A stretch of DNA of 64,000 nt, from contig OZ116703.1 in NCBI GenBank assembly GCA_964199315.1, positions 558,001 to 622,000 on the forward strand, read 5' to 3'. Source of the DNA: Orbicella franksi (Eukaryota). The notes under the pieces are model-generated. The model saw only the letters and a program-made list of their open reading frames with translations, made no database searches and was not told the origin of the DNA. Of this stretch, positions 58,933 through 64,000 are shown piece after piece (the stretch's first letter is position 1; every line of letters begins with the position of its first letter). The translations under genes and the position numbers were made by a program.

Positions 58933-61900
58933 TCAGCAGAAACTCAAATATGGGCGCTTTTCCAGGTACACGTGTTGAGTGGTCAACGATGGTATGTTTG
59001 CGATGCATTTGGGCTTAGTATCTGACAAGAAGAAGCCAAGCTGCAAGAGAAGAGTAAAAAGAAAGAGAATTAAATGAAAATAACTTGCAATCGAGTAAAG
59101 ATATTGTTTCCCGACTCTGTAGCAGACATAATAAGAAACGAGATGTCGAAACACTGCAGAGTCGATGTTTTAGCGATCACAATCTTTCGACGCTGTCACA
59201 GCGTCTTTCTCAACTCATGAGAGTTCGTGAGGCCTTGGAAATTCTGTGCCAGTCCCCGATGCTCAATCAAGACCGGGATTTGAACTTCCGGCCCTATTCG
59301 AGGATGTTTGGGCGCTTGACTTGGTTCACCCAAGCTCACGTGACAAGTAGATTTCTGCCATATTCACTTGAGAAAGACGCCGTGACAGCGTCGAAGCTTG
59401 TGATCGCCAAAGCATGGCTCTGTTCCGGTATCTCGTTTCTTAAAAATAGCTTGTAACTTATTAAATTTGATAAGAGTTTGACGTTGGTTCTTTATTAGCT
59501 AATACAGCTCAAACAAAGGAAAAGACACTTGTACAGGCGTGGGGCACACCCACATGCCTATACATGGACACACTGGCACGCGAACACACTCACGTACACC
59601 TGTACTCATACATAATATAGATAGGACACCGCTCGTATCGTACTTACCCCCAGTTTCTTAGGGGGAGGGTGTTCGTATCTTGAGCTGGCAGCATTACCCT
59701 GGGCAACCCATCCAAAACCTGTCAAACGGTCACTGTTGTACAGAAGAAACATCGGATAAAAGTCGTCACAGTTCATATCCGCTGAGATGTCGTACCAGTA
59801 ATGACGCCCTGGCGAAGAAACAAAATATGAAACTGTCAATTGACGAGGGAAAGAACTTGCTAATTTAGTTCACGAATTACATTTGCCACTTTGACAAGGA
59901 AGGCAATTTCGTGACGTTAGTTGTCCTCGTGACGTTATTTTCCAACACTTTCTTAGATATTTTATAGTAGTTGTATATTTTTAGATAGTTTAGCTTAATA
60001 TTTATAACCAATTGTACATACATTTTTACTTCGTGATTTTGTTTTCCGTTAGCGCACCGGTAAACTAGCTGATGCGTCCTGTAGACTCAGATTATCAAGT
60101 CTATGGTCCGTGCCGTTGCCATAGCTAAGTATGTAAGTATGTCCAAATAAAATAAACTCTATGTTTATGTTTATGTTTATGTCTATGTCTAATAAGTATA
60201 GGAAAAAAATTCACCCAAAAAACAAAGAAAAAACCAGTCAATAATTTGAAAGAAAAATGCCTGAATTTTAAAATTACGTCCGTAGTTTTGATGTTTCAAA
60301 AGCGAAACGTTTTGTTAAATATCCGACGAATGCTTTTTTGCGTATATTTCCCGCAGATATTAACTTTAACCGTCTGTTGTTTCTCTTTTGTCTAGTGAGT
60401 CACGCAATAAAATGACATTTAATACAGTTTACTAAAACACAAGTGACCAGAATCTGATAAGCTTCATCTAAATTCCTTTGTCCTCACCTCCCAACCCGCA
60501 GTCTCTGGGCAATTCATAACAAAATGAGTTTGACTTGCAATTTTAAATGTATTTTCAAGTTTCGTAAAAAAGGCTACAATGAAAAGACCTTTTTTCAAAT
60601 TTTCACTAAAATTACACTGGTAAGTCAAATTACGGTCCAAGAATTAACGATGACGATTAAGACAAGTTTTTTAGGCCACTTTCTACTCACCCATGGAAGG
60701 AAAGCAGCCTCCGCGAACCCATTTGGTTCCCGCCAAGTCTTCTTGCTTGAAAAGAATGGACATTGTCTGAGAATACTGGTTTCCAGTCTGCAGTAACAGT
60801 TTGTCGCCAATGTATTCTGACGAGGGTCTGGATCCACCGCAGATGTTTTTAGGATCGGTGAAGTATGCGGTGATAACGTACATGTTCCCTTCTGAGATCC
60901 ACGGTGACTTCAAAGCCAGCACCCCGGGCGCTGATTTTGGGAGCTTAAGTTAAATGATGTACATTTTCAGTCACTGGATAAAAATGGCATTACTAACAAG
61001 GAACGTGGAAAAAAACGTTGAAAATGAAAGTTTAGTTTTTAAAAAGGAGCGAGAGAAAAAGAAGTAGCCAGGAGGTATTTCTTACCCCATTTTGAATTCC
61101 AGCTATTTTGCCACTGGAGTCAAACAGAAGCATGACAGCAGTGTCTCCATTCAACACGTACCGATTCCCCGCAAAATAATTAGAAGCTGCAACAACAACA
61201 ACAACAACAAAACAGAAACATCAGCCGTACTCGTATGGCCCCGTGAACAAGTTAGGCCCTCATTTGGGTTTAAGACTTGTTTTTAAAAGGGCTATAGGTC
61301 ACGCTATTTTAGGTAATTTTGTTTAATTTTGTTAATTATGAGTTCTAAACGTCAAATTGGCAGAGCAAGAGTCTTTCATTTGTAAAATCACGGCCACATA
61401 ACAATTGAGAATGATTTTCCAGCTGTGCAAATGACATTTTGATATAAACTGATATAAGTTTGAAAAAAAGGTGGGCCGACCTTTTTCAGAATTACCCAAA
61501 TGCAATCCATTTTAATCCTCTCCCGTTTTGTCCATCCATGTTCCTTCTTGGTCTTCCTGTGTTTTGTTTGAGATCTTCTATAGTTTTGAGCCGTTTTTGT
61601 GACCATCTGATCAGTGCTAAAATTGCCTAAAATTGCGTGACCTAGCCCCTTTAAGCATATAAGGGAGTTATCGCCCTGGTTAAGTTTGAAAGCTGTGTTA
61701 TTAGTTTACCTTTTTACACAGTAAACTTTAAGTACAGTTTGAGACTGGCGGAAGTCAAAAATAGAAAAGGAACTCATAGCTTTTGTAATTTCTAACTTGC
61801 AATCTGAATTAGAAGTACTACATCGATCGACTGAGTGCTTTGAGTAAGACAAAGAGTGGGCCGTGTTTAATTCAAAGTAATCTTCTGTTGCTGATTACAG

Positions 61901-62698
61901 CTTGTTTCTGACTTTAGAACATGAATGACAGCTTGTTATCCTTTTCTTACCGCCACATGACCTTGTCAGCGTCCAGCCATCAGCCCTGGCCTTGTTCACA
62001 TCCATTGGAAGTTTGTTGAAATATTTCCACGGCAGTGGGCCCCATGTCACTGAAAAGGCAGCCATAAACTCTACGGTTAGCTTAGTTCATAAAGTCAGAG
62101 TGACTAAAAATAAGAATGCTGCAGTATTCTGAGCTGCAATTTTCGCCATCAGAGACATTGTGACATTGACATTGGCATTGACATTGACATTTTCTCTTTC
62201 CCCTGTCACGCGTCGATGTGCGGAGTGGCTTCATGATTAATGCGCTCGTCTCCTAATCGAGCGGTCCGGGTTCGAGCCCTGGCTGGCGTCATTGTATTGT
62301 GTTCTTGAGCAAGACACTTTACTCTCACAGTGCCTCTCTCCACTCAGGTGTATAAACAGGTACCGGTGAATTAAATACTGGGGGTAGCCCTGCGATGGAC
62401 TAGCAACCCATCCAGGGGAGAGTAGAAATACTCTTAGTCGCTTCATGTTACAGAAACAGGGATAAGCTTCGGCCTGATGGACCACTTGGCTCGTATGCAG
62501 ACTTTACTTTTACTATCATGTAAGTTCAGATGAAAAAAATGTTCGAGCGAAACGATAATCCTTTTTTACTGAAGTTTTCACACAAAAGCAAAATTAGCTA
62601 ATAATAGTACTGACATACTTTTTAGCCAAGGGCGTTTTTGTTTTATTTATTAAATAAATCATATTTTTAGTTACCTGAGAGCTGGTCCCACTCCGGTG
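58933..62698 (-). CDS. Secreted protein of unknown function, paralog B (5'-incomplete; signal-peptide exon not found in the window)
   Basis: Exons 62698-62675 (24 nt, APEWDQLS), 62049-61951, 61186-61086, 60943-60691, 59808-59648 and 59040-58933. Intron phases match paralog A and two exons have identical lengths (101 and 161 nt). Shared motifs: GNRYV..G.T..MLLFD....IAGIQ.G, YVITAYF.DP..IC, IGD.LL.Q, KW..G.CF.SMG..YWYD, F.GFGWV, HVYL...P.L..C. Confidence 0.85.
59960..60190 (+). mobile_element. Probable 3' end of a non-LTR retrotransposon
   Basis: A T-rich UTR-like tract ends in AATAAAATAAAC followed by a (TATGTT)n microsatellite tail, a typical LINE 3' signature. No ORF remains. Confidence 0.45.
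61287..61650. mobile_element. MITE with TTAA TSD (Kolobok-like)
   Basis: ttaa-AAGGGCTATAGGTCACGCTATTTTAGGTAATTT...AAATTGCCTAAAATTGCGTGACCTAGCCCCT-ttaa. Confidence 0.75.
62218..62510 (+). mobile_element. tRNA-derived SINE, near full length
   Basis: A-box-like head and B-box GGTTCGAGCCC (62269-62279). The body CTTGAGCAAGACACTTTACTCTCACAGTGCCTCTCTCC resembles CORE/Meta-type SINE domains from memory. The 3' end GCAGACTTTAC is shared with copies at ~17000 and ~38100. Confidence 0.8.
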
Positions 62699-63159
62699 CT
62701 GAAAAAGTAGCAAAAAAGTGTTTTACCAAATAAGATTATTACATACTGTTAGCAAAGCTGCGATATCAAACCCAATACACTCGAAGGGAGTGAATCCAAT
62801 GGTGCGTATTCATGGCGTAACGTCGCTTTGCCATTTCCCGTGTTGGCAATGAAATAAGTTATGATGCACTTGGGAAGTTTGGTGAGCACTCAAGAAATTG
62901 GAGTTCTCCCAGCGCTTAGGGAGCTTTTATTATTGCTGTCGAGCGTTAGCGAGACAGCACACTATTCTTCTCTGTAGGGCGAAAAATCCAAAATTTTCTC
63001 GGATGTAAGACTCGAAGCCTGCGCAGCAGAGTATTATCCGGGACAATTGAAACGACAATCACGCGCACATCACATGGCTGTCATATCATCCGGGATCCAC
63101 GTTTGGGATCACGTTGCACTTGAGAAATCCTCGCACGCTGTCAGATGGTTTTGGAACCT

Positions 63160-63720
63160 TTAGTACGCTGTCAGTTGTTTGACCCGACGCTTTCGACTTT
63201 CGAATCTTTCGTACGCCGTCAGTTGTTTGACGTTGCCATCATACAAGTAGGTAAGTATTTTCTGAATGTTTTCATTTGCTATTAAAATGTCTTCATTTTC
63301 TTGTGTAGTTATTCATCAAGGTCGCGAACGGAAAGAGATCAATTTGTGTTTGGCTGTTTTTCTTTCATAGATCCACGCTTGAGAATTGAGGGAGCACGCT
63401 ATCGGACGCTTTCGACTTTCGAATCTTTTGTACGCTGTCAGTTGTTTGACCAGACGCTTTCGACTTTCGAATCTTTCGTACGCTGTCAGTTGTTTGACGT
63501 TGCCATCATACAACAAATAATTCATTGTTCAAGGTAGACATATTTTTATAGTTACTGTTATTGTTACCCACTGAACATTGGTAGATTATATTTCATACAG
63601 ATATAGGAAGAAATTTTAATCCTGCTTACTACTGATTTACTAAGTATCTTTGCCAAAACCCTTTTGCAAAGAATTCATTGTTCAAGTTAGACATATTTTT
63701 ATAGTCACTGTTATTGTTCA
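63160..63720. repeat. Local modular duplications
   Basis: GACGCTTTCGACTTTCGAATCTTT(C/T)GTACGC(C/T)GTCAGTTGTTTGAC occurs at ~63186, ~63405 and ~63454. TTCATTGTTCAAG.TAGACATATTTTTATAGT.ACTGTTATTGTT occurs at ~63520 and ~63675. Confidence 0.8.
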
Positions 63721-64000
63721 CATTGAAAAGGAATTACTCCAGTCAACAATATTTTGTATCAAGTTTATGGCATATAACATTATTTTCTAACTCGTTGTTC
63801 AAGTTACAGTTCGAAATGAAAACAGTTCAAATGTGTAAATGGCAAACAATTTTAATACATACTTGAAGTTAGAAACTTTGGTATCTTGTCAAGATACACA
63901 TTGTATAAGGATGAATTTTCCAATAAATGAGAATAGTTGTCATTTATAATTCCCAACATCTATCAAATTAATGACTTATCAAATCAACAATAAAAAATAA

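Noticed and set aside
59085-59456. 123-aa plus-strand ORF
   Set aside because: It lies in the last intron of paralog B on the opposite strand with no recognisable domain; possibly a TE relic.

Overview
Eukaryotic, AT-rich, intron-containing animal DNA; the repeat landscape and gene content suggest a cnidarian such as a stony coral (inference). Six protein-coding genes could be assembled by hand from GT-AG boundaries with consistent intron phases. (1) A Myc-like bHLH-LZ gene with an uninterrupted coding region (-). (2) A four-exon type I membrane protein with one LDL-receptor class A module (-). (3) A 29-exon, ~2757-aa UBR5/hyd-like HECT E3 ligase (+) that appears to lack the UBA, UBR-box and MLLE domains. 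(4) A voltage-gated calcium channel beta-subunit gene (-) that keeps the guanylate-kinase domain, has no detectable SH3 core exons, carries several candidate alternative first exons and ends in a Gln/Tyr/Gly-rich tail. (5, 6) A convergent pair of paralogous secreted proteins of unknown function. Introns and intergenic DNA contain tRNA-derived SINEs, many MITEs, palindromic elements and short tandem repeats. No rRNA, true tRNA or CRISPR array was found. All homology calls come from remembered motifs, not database searches.
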